A DNA stretch of 64,000 nucleotides from Rhodospirillales bacterium (GTDB taxonomy: Bacteria > Pseudomonadota > Alphaproteobacteria > Rhodospirillales > UBA2165). Shown here in pieces: positions 52,003-62,537 of this stretch. A program made the translations under genes and the position numbers. The stretch covers positions 920 to 64,919 of the forward strand of contig JASLNU010000043.1 in assembly GCA_030745835.1 (NCBI GenBank), written 5' to 3'. The notes under the pieces were generated by a model, which ran no database searches, was not told the DNA's origin, and saw only the letters and a list, made by a program, of their open reading frames with translations. Numbering within the stretch: the first letter of the stretch is position 1; each line of letters opens with the position of its first letter.

Positions 52003-53721
52003 TTACCGCCCGCCCGCTTGCGTCACCGCGTTGATCACCGCCGGGTGGCCGTTATCGACGGCTTGCAAGGCGCGCTCGATGGCGCCCGGCAGGTCTTCCG
52101 GTTTTTCAACCTTTTCGCCGTGCCCGTCGACGGCGCTCACCACTTTTTCGTAATTGGGCGACGGTGACAGGTTGACCACCGGCAGGGTGTTGGATTTGGC
52201 GGCGCGGCCATCGGGATACATATTGGTGGTCGCCCGGCGCACGGCAAACCATTCCGAATTGTTGCAGATGATGGTCAGGGTCGGCAAATTTTCGGCGCGC
52301 GCCACGAAATGGCAGGCCATCGGCACGTTGAACATGTAGGAACCGTCGCCGACAATGGTGATCACCTGGCGCTCCGGGGCGCCCAGCTTGGCGCCCAAGG
52401 CGGCGCCGATGGAAAATCCGAGCCCGCCGGCGTTGCCGGTAGCGCCCAAATAACAGCCCGGCTGGTCCAATTCCAGGAACGGCAAGGGCACCCCAAGCTC
52501 GTTGGAGATGATGGCGTCCCCGGCCTTGACCCGGTTGAGGCATGCGGCGATCCAGGCCGGATGGATGGGCGTCGAGGCTTGCGCCTGTTCCAGGATTTTT
52601 GCCCTTTGATCCGCCGCCTTTTGCCGCATTTCGGTAATTTCGGTTCGCCGTTTGTCGACGGCTTTCGATTTCTTGGCAAATTTGGCCGACAGCGCGTCGC
52701 CCAGCAGCGGCAGCGCCTGGGCGGCGGCGCCGGCGATGCTCAAATCCATTTGGTGACCGCGCAAGGGGTAATCGGAAAACAGCGGGTCCGAGCCGATGTG
52801 GATCTGTTTGGTGTCGGGCCCGGGCGCCGCGCTCCTCGGAATCCACGGCACCGGCGCTTCCAGGACAATAACGCAATCGGCCCAATCGAGCAGCGCCTGG
52901 CCGGCGATGCCCAGATTCATCGGGCTGGACGACGGCAGGAACGAATCCATGCCCGGCGCCACGGCGATGGCATGGTTTTCCGCCAGCTCGGCGAGGCCGA
53001 AAAAGGCGTCGGGCGAATGGTCGGCATAGCCGCCGATGATCAGCGGCCGTTCGGCGGCGGCAATCATCTCGGCGGCCTGCTCGATGGCCTCGGCGGTGGG
53101 CGCCGGCGGCGTCGATCCCAGGCCACGGCCATTTTTTACGGCGCCGGGATCGGCGCTTTCATCGCCCAGCACTTCGCGCGGCAGGGTCAGGTAGACCGGC
53201 CCCTTGGGCTCGCTCATGGCGATGTCGAGGGCGCGCCCGACGACGGTGCCGACCGGCTGTCCGGCGCGCAGTTCATAATCCCATTTGACGTAGTCGCGCA
53301 GCATCGAGGCCTGGTCGAAGGTTTCCTGGGCCCAGTGGATGCCGATGTCGCGCGATCCGGGATGGCCGGTTTCGGTCAGCGGCGTCCGCCCGGCGGCCAG
53401 CAACACCGGCGTCCTGCCGCGAAACGAATTCATGATGCCGCACAGCGCATTGGCGGTGCCGACGGTGACGTGGACCATGACCACGGCCGGCGTGCCGGTG
53501 ACATTGTAATACCCTTGCGACATGGCGACGGCGACATTTTCGTGGGGCACGGTGACGAAATTGGGCACCTCACGCCCGGAATCGTTGGCGCGCACCAGGG
53601 CCTCGATGATCGGCGCGAAATCGGTGCCGCCGTTGGCGAACACGTGCCGGACGCCTTGGTTATAAAGTGCTGAAAGATAAGCCTCGGCGACGGTCTCGCC
53701 GGTTTTGGTTGCCGCGTCCAT
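52003..53721 (-). CDS. Thiamine-diphosphate-dependent enzyme (acetolactate-synthase-like family)
   Basis: ORF 52003..53823 trimmed to ATG 53721. TPP motif IVGDGSYMFN..x..IICNN and an N-terminal Pyr domain (VPHENVAVAMSQGY). Confidence 0.8.
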   Translation of the reverse strand: MDAATKTGETVAEAYLSALYNQGVRHVFANGGTDFAPIIEALVRANDSGREVPNFVTVPHENVAVAMSQGYYNVTGTPAVVMVHVTVGTANALCGIMNSFRGRTPVLLAAGRTPLTETGHPGSRDIGIHWAQETFDQASMLRDYVKWDYELRAGQPVGTVVGRALDIAMSEPKGPVYLTLPREVLGDESADPGAVKNGRGLGSTPPAPTAEAIEQAAEMIAAAERPLIIGGYADHSPDAFFGLAELAENHAIAVAPGMDSFLPSSSPMNLGIAGQALLDWADCVIVLEAPVPWIPRSAAPGPDTKQIHIGSDPLFSDYPLRGHQMDLSIAGAAAQALPLLGDALSAKFAKKSKAVDKRRTEITEMRQKAADQRAKILEQAQASTPIHPAWIAACLNRVKAGDAIISNELGVPLPFLELDQPGCYLGATGNAGGLGFSIGAALGAKLGAPERQVITIVGDGSYMFNVPMACHFVARAENLPTLTIICNNSEWFAVRRATTNMYPDGRAAKSNTLPVVNLSPSPNYEKVVSAVDGHGEKVEKPEDLPGAIERALQAVDNGHPAVINAVTQAGGR

Positions 53722-53924
53722 GATCTGTATCGATACCCCTATGCCGAAGATTTTTTGCGGAATTTCGCCGCGCGCCGGGATCATCCGTTTCGCGAAGCAT
53801 TTGGTTGGCGGTAATTTAGGCATGGCGGAAAGCCAAGAGCAATCAAAACAGGCTTTCCGTTTGTCCCGCCGCCACCGGCGAAGTAGGTTTCAAACAATCC
53901 GGCCACCAACAGCGTTCGCTTCCG

Positions 53925-55166
53925 ATGAATATTTCCTTCCTGTTCGGCGGTATCGCCCGCGCCTTGAGCACGCCCCAATACCGGAACTACTGGGCGGGCA
54001 ACGGCATTTCCACCACCGGCCGCTGGGCGCACCGGGTCGCCGTCGGCTGGCTCACCTGGGAACTGACGGAATCGGAAGCCTGGCTCGGCATCGTCGCCTT
54101 CGCCGATCTGTTTCCGACGGTGGTCATTCCGATATTTTCCGGGGTTATCGCCGATCGTATCGGGTATGTGCGCCTGATGCGTTATACGGTGCTCGGCGCC
54201 GCCGCCGTCGCCGCCCTGTTTGCCGGCCTGGTGGCCCTCGGGCGGATCGATATTTATCTGGTGGTGGCCCTGTCGGCGCTGATCGGAACCTTGGAGGCCG
54301 GCAGCGGCCCGGCCCGGATTTCCGTGGTTCACGTTCTGGTGCCGCGCAGCGAGTTGGCGGCGGCCATCGCCCTCAACACGGCGACCTTTAATCTGGCGCG
54401 CATGATCGGGCCGGCCATCGCCGGCGGTCTGATCATCTGGACCAACGTGGCCACGGCAATCGCCTTCAATGCCGCCAGCTACGTCATCTTCCTCGCCATC
54501 CTTTTGCACCTCAGGGAAATGCCCAATCCAAGGGATGGCGAAGTACGCGCCAATATGGCCCGGGAAATCTGGGAAGCGGTCCGTTATATCATCGATCATC
54601 CCGGGGTGCGTATCATCATGGTTCTGATCGTCGCCACCGCCCTGTTGATCCGCCCGGTGATCGAGCTGCTGCCGGGCTTCGCGGTCGAGGTGTTCAACCG
54701 CGGACCGGGCGGGCTCTCCACCCTGTTGTCTTCGATGGGGCTCGGCGCCGCCGCGTCGGGGCTTTGGCTGGCGCGGCGCGGCGATACCAGGGGGCTGACG
54801 CGGCTGGTCGTCTGGTCGTTCCTGATCACCGCCTTGGCGCTGTTCGCCTTCGCGGTGACCAATATATTCTGGCTCGGCGTCGGATTGATCATTGCCGTCG
54901 GCTACTTCCTGCTGATCGGCGGCATCAGTTCGCAATCGCTGGTGCAGAACGTGGTCGCGCCGCAACTTCGGGCGCGCGTGCTCAGCCTTTATCTGGTCGC
55001 CTCGTTCGGCCTGCCTTCGCTCGGCGCCCTGGTCATCGGCTGGATCGCATCGCTTGCCGGATTGCAGGTGACCTTCGCCGTCGCCGTGGTGATCGCGGTA
55101 TTGATCTGGCTGTGGGCGCGGCCCATCGCCAGCGCCCAGGCGAACGATTTGGAACGCATCGACTGA
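53925..55166 (+). CDS. MFS transporter (EntS/MFS_3-like)
   Basis: About 12 hydrophobic segments. N-terminal YRNYWAGNGISTTGRW..WLTWELT pattern is typical of the enterobactin-exporter-like subfamily. Confidence 0.75.
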   Translation: MNISFLFGGIARALSTPQYRNYWAGNGISTTGRWAHRVAVGWLTWELTESEAWLGIVAFADLFPTVVIPIFSGVIADRIGYVRLMRYTVLGAAAVAALFAGLVALGRIDIYLVVALSALIGTLEAGSGPARISVVHVLVPRSELAAAIALNTATFNLARMIGPAIAGGLIIWTNVATAIAFNAASYVIFLAILLHLREMPNPRDGEVRANMAREIWEAVRYIIDHPGVRIIMVLIVATALLIRPVIELLPGFAVEVFNRGPGGLSTLLSSMGLGAAASGLWLARRGDTRGLTRLVVWSFLITALALFAFAVTNIFWLGVGLIIAVGYFLLIGGISSQSLVQNVVAPQLRARVLSLYLVASFGLPSLGALVIGWIASLAGLQVTFAVAVVIAVLIWLWARPIASAQANDLERID

Positions 55167-55184
55167 AAGATTGACTGGCGCCTA

Positions 55185-56246
55185 TTACGATAGCCGCCCC
55201 TGAATTTCGGGGCCGTCCGGGGCATAGCGGTAGGCGCGGAAAACGGAGCTGACATCGCCCACCGTCGGCCCCGTCTCGCGCCGGATGGTGATCGGGTTGA
55301 TGAATTCCCAGACCAGCTCGCCGGCCTCCGTCACCTCGAAAAAGCGGCCCCACAGTCCCTCGCAGATAAGGGTGTTTCCATTCCACAGCCGCTGGCAGCC
55401 GCTGATAAAATGGCTGTCGAAGGTGTGCGTCGGATTGCCCTTATATTCCCAGACGGTATCGCCGGTCTTCATGTCGAACTCGATGATCTTGGAGCCGCGC
55501 GGCCGCTGGCCGCCGCGATTGGCGAACACCATCATGTTGCCGTTTTCCAGAATTTGCGCATCGTGCGGGCCGCCCCAATCGGCATCGTGCCGTTCCCAGC
55601 TATATTTGCCGGTGGCGCGGTCGATGATGGCGAGAACATCGGTATGGCGGTAACAAACCAGAATGTTGCCGTCCGCCAACGGCTGGATCGTGTTGGGATG
55701 GGCGTATTCGCGGCGGTTGGCGCCGGGGTGCAGCGGATATTTGCCGAAATCCAAATGGTCGCAGGCATGCCATTCCCACGCCGTATCACCGTCCGGGGTA
55801 ACCTCGCGGATGTAATCGCCCCACATGCCGGCCTCGGTTTCGGTGCCGGGGAGCCCGCCTTTAACGGCGGCGGCGGCCTCGCCGGGCAGAACTTCCCAGC
55901 CGAGGTAAATGGTATTGCCGTCCGCGCAGCGCCGGAAATCGTGGTGCTGGAATTCGTCGCGGTATTCGAAAACCACGTTTCCGTCCCAATCCAATTCCTG
56001 GATCAAGCCACCCTTGGCGGAGAATGCTTCGGGTCCGCCGCCGGTCCAGGTGGCAACCAAAAGATTGCCGTTCGCCAGCAGATAGGCGTAGTTGCCGGTC
56101 TGGCCCGGCAAATCCCATTGATGGACAACCTCGCCGGCCATGTCGATGAGCAGGCATTTATGGTCGAATTGCGTCGCATACAGGGTAAACCCGTCGGCCG
56201 CCTTATCTTTGTCGTGCTCGATCAATCCGCGCTGCAGATAACGCAT
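55185..56246 (-). CDS. Arylsulfotransferase-like (ASST family) beta-propeller protein, no signal peptide
   Basis: Collinear paralog of 16362..17483 (GFTLYA, LLIDMAGEVVHQWDL, LLANGNLLV, ILENGNMMVFANRG, LWNGNTLICEG). Confidence 0.65.
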   Translation of the reverse strand: MRYLQRGLIEHDKDKAADGFTLYATQFDHKCLLIDMAGEVVHQWDLPGQTGNYAYLLANGNLLVATWTGGGPEAFSAKGGLIQELDWDGNVVFEYRDEFQHHDFRRCADGNTIYLGWEVLPGEAAAAVKGGLPGTETEAGMWGDYIREVTPDGDTAWEWHACDHLDFGKYPLHPGANRREYAHPNTIQPLADGNILVCYRHTDVLAIIDRATGKYSWERHDADWGGPHDAQILENGNMMVFANRGGQRPRGSKIIEFDMKTGDTVWEYKGNPTHTFDSHFISGCQRLWNGNTLICEGLWGRFFEVTEAGELVWEFINPITIRRETGPTVGDVSSVFRAYRYAPDGPEIQGRLS

Positions 56247-56470
56247 GGCCGGCGCCCCCCCTTTACAAAATTACCTGGCCGGCCCGGAGATTGGGGCGCG
56301 GTTGTCAATTGGTCAAGGGGGGCTGGCCGAGGACCGAGGCGACGGCGTCGAGGACGGGCCATGGATGAAATATTATGCTATAGCTGCCCACCCGTGGTAG
56401 GGGGGCCAAAATGACAACGATACATAACCGTTAAGCAAAAAAGTCAGTTTCGAATGGGAAGGGCGTCAAC

Positions 56471-57778
56471 ATGCTTGAAGAAGCAAGAAGCCGAAAATTG
56501 ATGGAAGTGGGCCCCGGCAAACCGATGGGCGAATTGCTGCGCCGCTATTGGCACCCGTTCGCAGCCGCGACCGAGTTGGAGGATACGGCCACCAAACCGG
56601 TGCGGCTGCTGGGCGAGGATTTGACCCTCTACAAGGACCTGAGCGGTAATTTTGGTCTTATTGACCGGCATTGTCCGCACCGCCGGGCCGACCTTTCTTA
56701 CGGCTTCGTCGAGGAATGCGGCTTGAGGTGCAATTATCACGGCTGGCTGTTCGACCATAACGGCGATTGCACCCAGCAGCCCTACGAAGACACCATCGAC
56801 GCCGGCGGCAAGCTGCGCAAACAAGTCAAGGTCAAGGCTTATAAAGTCGCGGCGCATGCCGGGCTGCTTTGGGCCTATATGGGCCCCGATCCGGTGCCGT
56901 TGGTGCCCAATTACGAACCCTTTACCTGGGAAAACGGCTTCGCCCAGATCGTCTTCTCCGACATTCCCTGCAATTGGTTCCAATGCCAGGAAAATTCCAT
57001 CGATCCGGTCCATTTCGAATGGATGCATGATAATTGGAGCCTGCGCCTGAAGGGCGATGAAGGGCCTTACGCGGCCAAGCATCTGGAGGTCGATTTCAGC
57101 GAGTTTGAACACGGCTTCACCTACCACCGGGTGCGCGAAGGCGCCGACAAGGAGAACCCCTTATGGACCATCGGGCGGGTCTGCCTCTGGCCCTACGCGC
57201 TGTTTACCGGCGGACATTTCGAATGGCGGGTGCCGGTCGATGATGAAAACACCCTGAGCGTCGGCTGGTTCTTCAACCGGGTGCCCAAGGAGCGGGAACC
57301 CTATCTTCAGGACCGCGTTCCATATTGGGTGAGCCCGATCAAGGATGAAAAGACCGGGCGTTGGATATCCAGCCATATCATCAACCAGGATATCATCGGC
57401 TGGGTCGGACAGGGCACCTTCGCCGAACGCTCGCAGGAGAATCTGGGCCTCAGCGACCGCGGCATCGCGATGATCCGCAAGCGCTTCTTCGATGACATGG
57501 ACGCCCTTGAAAACAACAGCAACAGCGATCCCAAATCCGTCATCCGCGATGAACGCGAAAACCAGCGCATCGATCTGCCGATCGTCGGCAAGGAGAATTT
57601 TATCGAGGGCTTTTCGGAAAAGGAATTGAATGACGCCTCGCCCGACGCCGCCGCCCGGCGCGTCTCGTCCCGGAATTTTCCATTCCACTTCGGCCAGCCC
57701 GAAGAGGTGCGCCGCGCCTATGAAGAAGCCATGGGTTTCAAGATGGAAGACCGCCCGGAAAGCGACATGAAAAACTAA
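56471..57778 (+). CDS. Rieske [2Fe-2S] non-heme-iron oxygenase, alpha subunit (phthalate/KshA-like class)
   Basis: CPHRRADLSYG..x..CNYHGW Rieske motif and DPVHFEWMH mononuclear-iron ligands. 435 aa. No beta subunit or reductase gene adjacent. Confidence 0.85.
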   Translation: MLEEARSRKLMEVGPGKPMGELLRRYWHPFAAATELEDTATKPVRLLGEDLTLYKDLSGNFGLIDRHCPHRRADLSYGFVEECGLRCNYHGWLFDHNGDCTQQPYEDTIDAGGKLRKQVKVKAYKVAAHAGLLWAYMGPDPVPLVPNYEPFTWENGFAQIVFSDIPCNWFQCQENSIDPVHFEWMHDNWSLRLKGDEGPYAAKHLEVDFSEFEHGFTYHRVREGADKENPLWTIGRVCLWPYALFTGGHFEWRVPVDDENTLSVGWFFNRVPKEREPYLQDRVPYWVSPIKDEKTGRWISSHIINQDIIGWVGQGTFAERSQENLGLSDRGIAMIRKRFFDDMDALENNSNSDPKSVIRDERENQRIDLPIVGKENFIEGFSEKELNDASPDAAARRVSSRNFPFHFGQPEEVRRAYEEAMGFKMEDRPESDMKN

Positions 57779-57819
57779 CTACGTCGCGGTTTGAGAAAAG
57801 AATTGGCGGCCGGAAAAAT

Positions 57820-59595
57820 TTAAGTCTCGATAAACCCTGCTTTGCCCAGACCGTCCCGGTGGTGTTCCTGATCACCGGTTTCGCGATAATACTGCATCGC
57901 CATGTGGGCGCTGATATTGAAGCCAGGCGAGATATTTAATGCTTCGCGAGTATGCTTTGCGGCTTCGGAGCTATCATCCAAATAGGAATAGCAGGCAGCG
58001 AGAAATGCGTGGTGCGTCTCATCCGGCGCATCGATTCGCTTGAACGCCTCGATGGCGTCCTCGTAGCGGCGGGCGACAAAATAGGCGCGGCCGAGATGGC
58101 TCCAGAAACGTTTCGGATGAAATGGATTTAATTTCATGGCCTTCCTGATCCAGTCGATTCCTTCCTCGGGGCGGCCCAGCCAGGTCAACAATTCGCCTTG
58201 CTGGACAACGACCAGATCGTAATTCGGGTTCAGGCTAAGCGCCTTGTCCTGATGCGCCAGGGCCTGATCGAAGTTTAGCCGCATAATGCTAATTGCGGCG
58301 AGGATGCGGTGGGTATCCGTGTCGTTTTCATCGATTGCCAAGGTTTGTTCGAGTTTTGCCGTTTCTTCGGTTATAGCCGCATCAAAATCGCCTGTAATCC
58401 AGCCGTAGGTCCATGCCTGGCCCATGACACAAGTGCGCCAGGCGCGGGCATGGACATAACCGGGGTCCAATTCGATGGCGCGTTCCAGATACCGCAGCGC
58501 CTCTTTATTGTCTTCGCGATTAGACCGGTGATGAAGAATTTTACCGGCCAGGACGCATTCGTAAGCCTGCATGTTGTCGGTCGGTTTGCGCCGGGCACGG
58601 TCGTGGCTGTCGGCTTCGATTCGGCCCGGCAGGGTGGCCGTGATGGCCGCCGTTATTTCATCCTGGATCGTAAAAATATCTTCCAGATCGCGATCATATT
58701 TATCGGCCCAGACGTGGCGGTCATCGGTGCCGTCGATCAACTGCACCGTAACCCGCACGCGATCGCCGGCCTTACGGACGCTGCCTTCGACCACATACCG
58801 CACACCGAGTTCGCGCGCGACATCTTTGGCTTTCACCGACTTACCCTTGTAGGTGAATGTCGAATTGCGGGAAATAACAAATAATTCGTCAAAGCGGGAC
58901 AATTGGGTGAGGATATCCTCGGTCAGGCCGTCAGCAAAAAATTCCTGTTCCGGATCGGCGCTCATATTGTCGAACGGCAATACGGCGATCGAGGGTTTTT
59001 CCATGGTTGCCTGCGGTGAGCCTGGTTCGGCCGGGTCCCGATTGGTTTCAAGATACGGGGCCGGCTCCGAACATTGAATTCGATAGACGTGAATCGGCTC
59101 GGCTATGTTCTTGACCTGATGCTCGCCCATGTCTTCAAAAGCGCAATCGACCTTTTTGCGCACCTGTTCAAAGACCTGCGAGGTAACACAGATACCCGGT
59201 TCCGATGCCAACCCCTCCAGACGCGCCGCAACATTGACGCCATCGCCGTGAATATCGTCCTCATCAACGACGATTTCGCCGAAATTTATGCCCATGCGGA
59301 AATTCAATCGACGCGAATCGGCAAGGTCGCCGTTGAATTCGGCCATTTTAAATTGCATGGCGACGGCGCAGCGCACGGCGTCGCTTACGGTTTGAAATTC
59401 GGCCAGGAAACCATCGCCGGTGTGTTTGACAATGCGCCCCGAATGTTCGGCGGTGGAAGGCTTGATGATATCGGACCGGAGATTTTGCCAAGCGCTAACC
59501 GTCGCTGCTTCATCTTCGTTCATGAGGCGCGAATATCCGGCCACATCGGCAGCTAATATGGCTGCAAGTCTATGAGTAATTGAATCGCTGTTCAT
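57820..59595 (-). CDS. Class III adenylate/guanylate cyclase fused to a TolB-like/TPR C-terminal region
   Basis: LAAILAADVAGYSRLM..KHTGDGFLAEF..GINFGEIVV cyclase core, then TPR-like repeats in the C-terminal half. 591 aa. Confidence 0.85.
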   Translation of the reverse strand: MNSDSITHRLAAILAADVAGYSRLMNEDEAATVSAWQNLRSDIIKPSTAEHSGRIVKHTGDGFLAEFQTVSDAVRCAVAMQFKMAEFNGDLADSRRLNFRMGINFGEIVVDEDDIHGDGVNVAARLEGLASEPGICVTSQVFEQVRKKVDCAFEDMGEHQVKNIAEPIHVYRIQCSEPAPYLETNRDPAEPGSPQATMEKPSIAVLPFDNMSADPEQEFFADGLTEDILTQLSRFDELFVISRNSTFTYKGKSVKAKDVARELGVRYVVEGSVRKAGDRVRVTVQLIDGTDDRHVWADKYDRDLEDIFTIQDEITAAITATLPGRIEADSHDRARRKPTDNMQAYECVLAGKILHHRSNREDNKEALRYLERAIELDPGYVHARAWRTCVMGQAWTYGWITGDFDAAITEETAKLEQTLAIDENDTDTHRILAAISIMRLNFDQALAHQDKALSLNPNYDLVVVQQGELLTWLGRPEEGIDWIRKAMKLNPFHPKRFWSHLGRAYFVARRYEDAIEAFKRIDAPDETHHAFLAACYSYLDDSSEAAKHTREALNISPGFNISAHMAMQYYRETGDQEHHRDGLGKAGFIET

Positions 59596-59807
59596 ACAGG
59601 TTCCAGATTACCGATATTTCCCCGTTGATATTAGCGGAATAACATTAAGAAGCAATATCATAGGTTGGAATGTTGCCAAAGTGCCATGAATTACAATTGT
59701 GGCTGCTCAAACCGGCGGACCGGGTGCCGCGGCGTTATCCTTTCGAAGTTTTTCTGAATTTCCGGCGGCATTCATCTATCATTGAGCCGAAAAAAGGGAC
59801 GCAATAG

Positions 59808-61064
59808 ATGAACGCGTTCGCCAATCTTTGGATCTGGTCCGACGAACAGGTCGGCAAGCGTATGAGCTGGTACCGGGGCGTCGCCGCCAACCGGCTGCCG
59901 GCGAAATTCCGCATCGCCAGGACCATCCCGGTCGACGCCGACCTCGACGCCGACAGCGAAGAATCACTGTGGGCCGAATTGGAACGCCGGACCCCCGGGT
60001 TCACGGCGACACGGGAGGCTATACGAAGCGGCAGGGAAGATTTGGGCCCGCCGGCGCGGCGTCCGCATCTTCTCGATCTGGCCCGTGAACTTAGCGCGCG
60101 AATGCTGGCCCATTGCAATTTCTGCGCCTGGGACTGCGGCGTCGACCGGATCAAAGGCGCCAAGCTCGGGACCTGCAAGCTCGGCGCCGGCACCCGGGTC
60201 AGCACATTTTTCCACCACCGGGGCGAGGAACTGGTCTACCGGGGAACCTCGGGGTCGGGGACCATTTTCTTCACCTCCTGCAACATGCGCTGCGCCTTTT
60301 GCCAAAACGGCGACATCTCCACCGACAAGGACAATGGCACCGAGGTGAGCCCGCGAACGCTCGCCGCCATGGCGTGGCTGTTGCGCCATGAAGGCTGCCA
60401 TAACATCAATTGGGTGGGCGGCGATCCGATCGTCCACCTGCACAGCATCATCGCCGCCATATCGGTCCTCGGCGACGAGATGACAAGACCGTCCAGCGAA
60501 GATATTGAGCGGGCCTTTTCGGTGAAAGCGGACTTTCCGAAGCGGCTGGCGATCGATGAAACCGCGGCCCAATTCGAGGGCGCCTTCAATGCGCCGATGC
60601 TGTGGAACAGCAATTCCTATGCCTCCGCCGAAGTCATGAAGATCCTCCGTCTTCTCGTCGATGTATGGCTGCCCGACTTCAAGTTCGGACCCGGACGATG
60701 CGCCACCGAACTGGCCCGGACGGCGCGCTATTGGGAAACGGCAACCGCCAGTTTGAGCATGATCGAGGCCTGGAAAGAGGATTTGACCATCCGCCATCTG
60801 GTCATGCCGGGCCACGTCGAATGCTGCACCTATGCGGTGATCGACTGGATCGCCGAGCACATGCCGGACGTGCCGGTCAACGTGATGAACCAATATCATC
60901 CGGACATGTTCGCCAATCCCAGAAGCCCCCGCTACCGGGAAAAGTACGAGACCGTTTCGCGCCGCCTGAGCGAAGAAGAACTGCTCTCGGCATACCTCTA
61001 TGCCCGCCAGAAGCGGATTGCGTTCGAGCCCATGACCTTTGAATCCCAGCCCGAGGGCGCCTAA
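59808..61064 (+). CDS. Radical SAM protein, PflX-like (COG1313-type activase homolog)
   Basis: CNFCAWDCGVDR..G.C followed by GSGTIFFTSCNMRCAFCQNGDIS (CxxxCxxC). The N-terminal ~95 aa are an extension with uncertain start. Confidence 0.75.
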   Translation: MNAFANLWIWSDEQVGKRMSWYRGVAANRLPAKFRIARTIPVDADLDADSEESLWAELERRTPGFTATREAIRSGREDLGPPARRPHLLDLARELSARMLAHCNFCAWDCGVDRIKGAKLGTCKLGAGTRVSTFFHHRGEELVYRGTSGSGTIFFTSCNMRCAFCQNGDISTDKDNGTEVSPRTLAAMAWLLRHEGCHNINWVGGDPIVHLHSIIAAISVLGDEMTRPSSEDIERAFSVKADFPKRLAIDETAAQFEGAFNAPMLWNSNSYASAEVMKILRLLVDVWLPDFKFGPGRCATELARTARYWETATASLSMIEAWKEDLTIRHLVMPGHVECCTYAVIDWIAEHMPDVPVNVMNQYHPDMFANPRSPRYREKYETVSRRLSEEELLSAYLYARQKRIAFEPMTFESQPEGA

Positions 61065-61167
61065 AGGGGGACCGGGTCCCGGCCATAAACCGGGACTCGC
61101 ATCCGTGCGCGACTCGCTGTAGACGGTGAAGCATGTGGGGTGTTCACGAACGGGCGGCCGCCGATAA

Positions 61168-62499
61168 ATGAACGTCATATTCTTCGCCATCGTCGCCATC
61201 GCCTTCGTTACCGCCGGGGTGCGCCAGATCGGCTGGTCGGCGCCGACCGGCGACGGCAAGTCGCCGATGGAAATTTTGGCGGCGGCGATCATCAATTCGG
61301 CGGAAAGCTCGGTGACCCTGGCCATCGGGCTGATCGGCGTGATGGCGCTGTTCTTAGGATTGATGAAGGTGGCCGAGGCGGGCGGGCTATTGGTCATCAT
61401 CGCGCGCCTGGTGCGCCCCTTGATGCAGCGCCTGTTCCCCGATGTGCCGCCCGACCATCCGGCGATGGGCGCCATGATCCTCAACATGTCGGCCAACGTC
61501 CTCGGCCTCGGCAACGCGGCGACCCCGTTCGGCATTCGCGCCATGCAGGAACTGGACAAGCTCAACCAGGTCAAGGGCACGGCGACCAACGCCATGGTGC
61601 TGTTCCTGGCGATCAATACCTCGAGCGTCACCCTGCTGCCGACCGGGGTGATCGCGCTGCGCGCCGCCGCCGGCTCGAACGACCCGGCGGGCATTGTGCC
61701 GACCACCCTGTTCGCCACCATCTGCTCGACCACCATCGCCATCATCGTCGCCAAATTGTGCCAGCGATTGTGGCTTGCGAAACCGGAAGACGCGGTTCCG
61801 GCGGAAGCCGACGCCCTATCCACCGCCGGGCTCGACAGCCTCGACGTGGGCGGGCCCGAGGCGGAGGGTGAAGAACTGGAAACCGAGGGCGCCGAACAAT
61901 CTTACGCGCCCTGGATTTCCTATGCCGTGCTGGCCGCTATCCTGGCGCTGATCCCGTTGACCGTCCTCTACGGCCGCCAGATCGCGCCCTGGATCATTCC
62001 CGGGCTTTTGCTGGCCTTGCTCGGCTTCGGATTTTCGCGCCGGGTGCGGGTTTACGAATCCTTCGTCGAGGGTGCCAAGGACGGTTTTACCGTGGCATTG
62101 CGCATTATTCCCTACCTGGTCGCCATCCTGGTCGCCGTCGGCATGTTCCGCGCTTCGGGGGCCATGGAGATGCTGATCGGGCCGCTGGCGGTCGTCACCG
62201 AGCCCTTAGGCATGCCGGCCGAGGCGCTGCCGATGGCACTGCTGCGCCCGCTGTCGGGGTCCGGCGCCTACGGCATCCTGGCCTCGCTGATCAACGATGC
62301 GGCGATCGGGCCGGACAGCTATACCGGCTATCTGATCAGTACCCTGCAAGGTTCCACCGAAACCACCTTCTATGTGCTCGCCGTCTATTTCGGCGCCGTC
62401 CAGGTACGCCGTATTCGCCACGCCCTGGTCGCCGGCCTGAGCGCCGACGTGGCCGGCGTCATCGGCGCGGTCATCGCGGTGAGTTTGTTTTTGGCGTGA
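61168..62499 (+). CDS. Nucleoside-recognition (Gate) domain membrane protein (SpmA/SpmB-like fusion)
   Basis: Polytopic, with two Gate-like halves separated by an acidic linker (EGEELETEGAE). Segments GLMKVAEAGG and NVLGLGNAATPFG. Confidence 0.6.
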   Translation: MNVIFFAIVAIAFVTAGVRQIGWSAPTGDGKSPMEILAAAIINSAESSVTLAIGLIGVMALFLGLMKVAEAGGLLVIIARLVRPLMQRLFPDVPPDHPAMGAMILNMSANVLGLGNAATPFGIRAMQELDKLNQVKGTATNAMVLFLAINTSSVTLLPTGVIALRAAAGSNDPAGIVPTTLFATICSTTIAIIVAKLCQRLWLAKPEDAVPAEADALSTAGLDSLDVGGPEAEGEELETEGAEQSYAPWISYAVLAAILALIPLTVLYGRQIAPWIIPGLLLALLGFGFSRRVRVYESFVEGAKDGFTVALRIIPYLVAILVAVGMFRASGAMEMLIGPLAVVTEPLGMPAEALPMALLRPLSGSGAYGILASLINDAAIGPDSYTGYLISTLQGSTETTFYVLAVYFGAVQVRRIRHALVAGLSADVAGVIGAVIAVSLFLA

Positions 62500-62537
62500 G
62501 GGCGAGTAATAACCGGCCTACCAGCATGGCTACCGCT

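Noticed and set aside
26141-53721. Organosulfonate-degradation theme. The TPP enzymes would be sulfoacetaldehyde acetyltransferase (Xsc), the HisD paralog would be HpsN, and the ASST-like and TusA genes would complete the set.
   Set aside because: The N-termini of both TPP enzymes do not resemble the Xsc sequence as I recall it. No sulfite exporter, sulfolactate enzymes or TRAP/TauABC transporter is present. The sulfur link rests only on family names. It is kept as a caveat, not a call.
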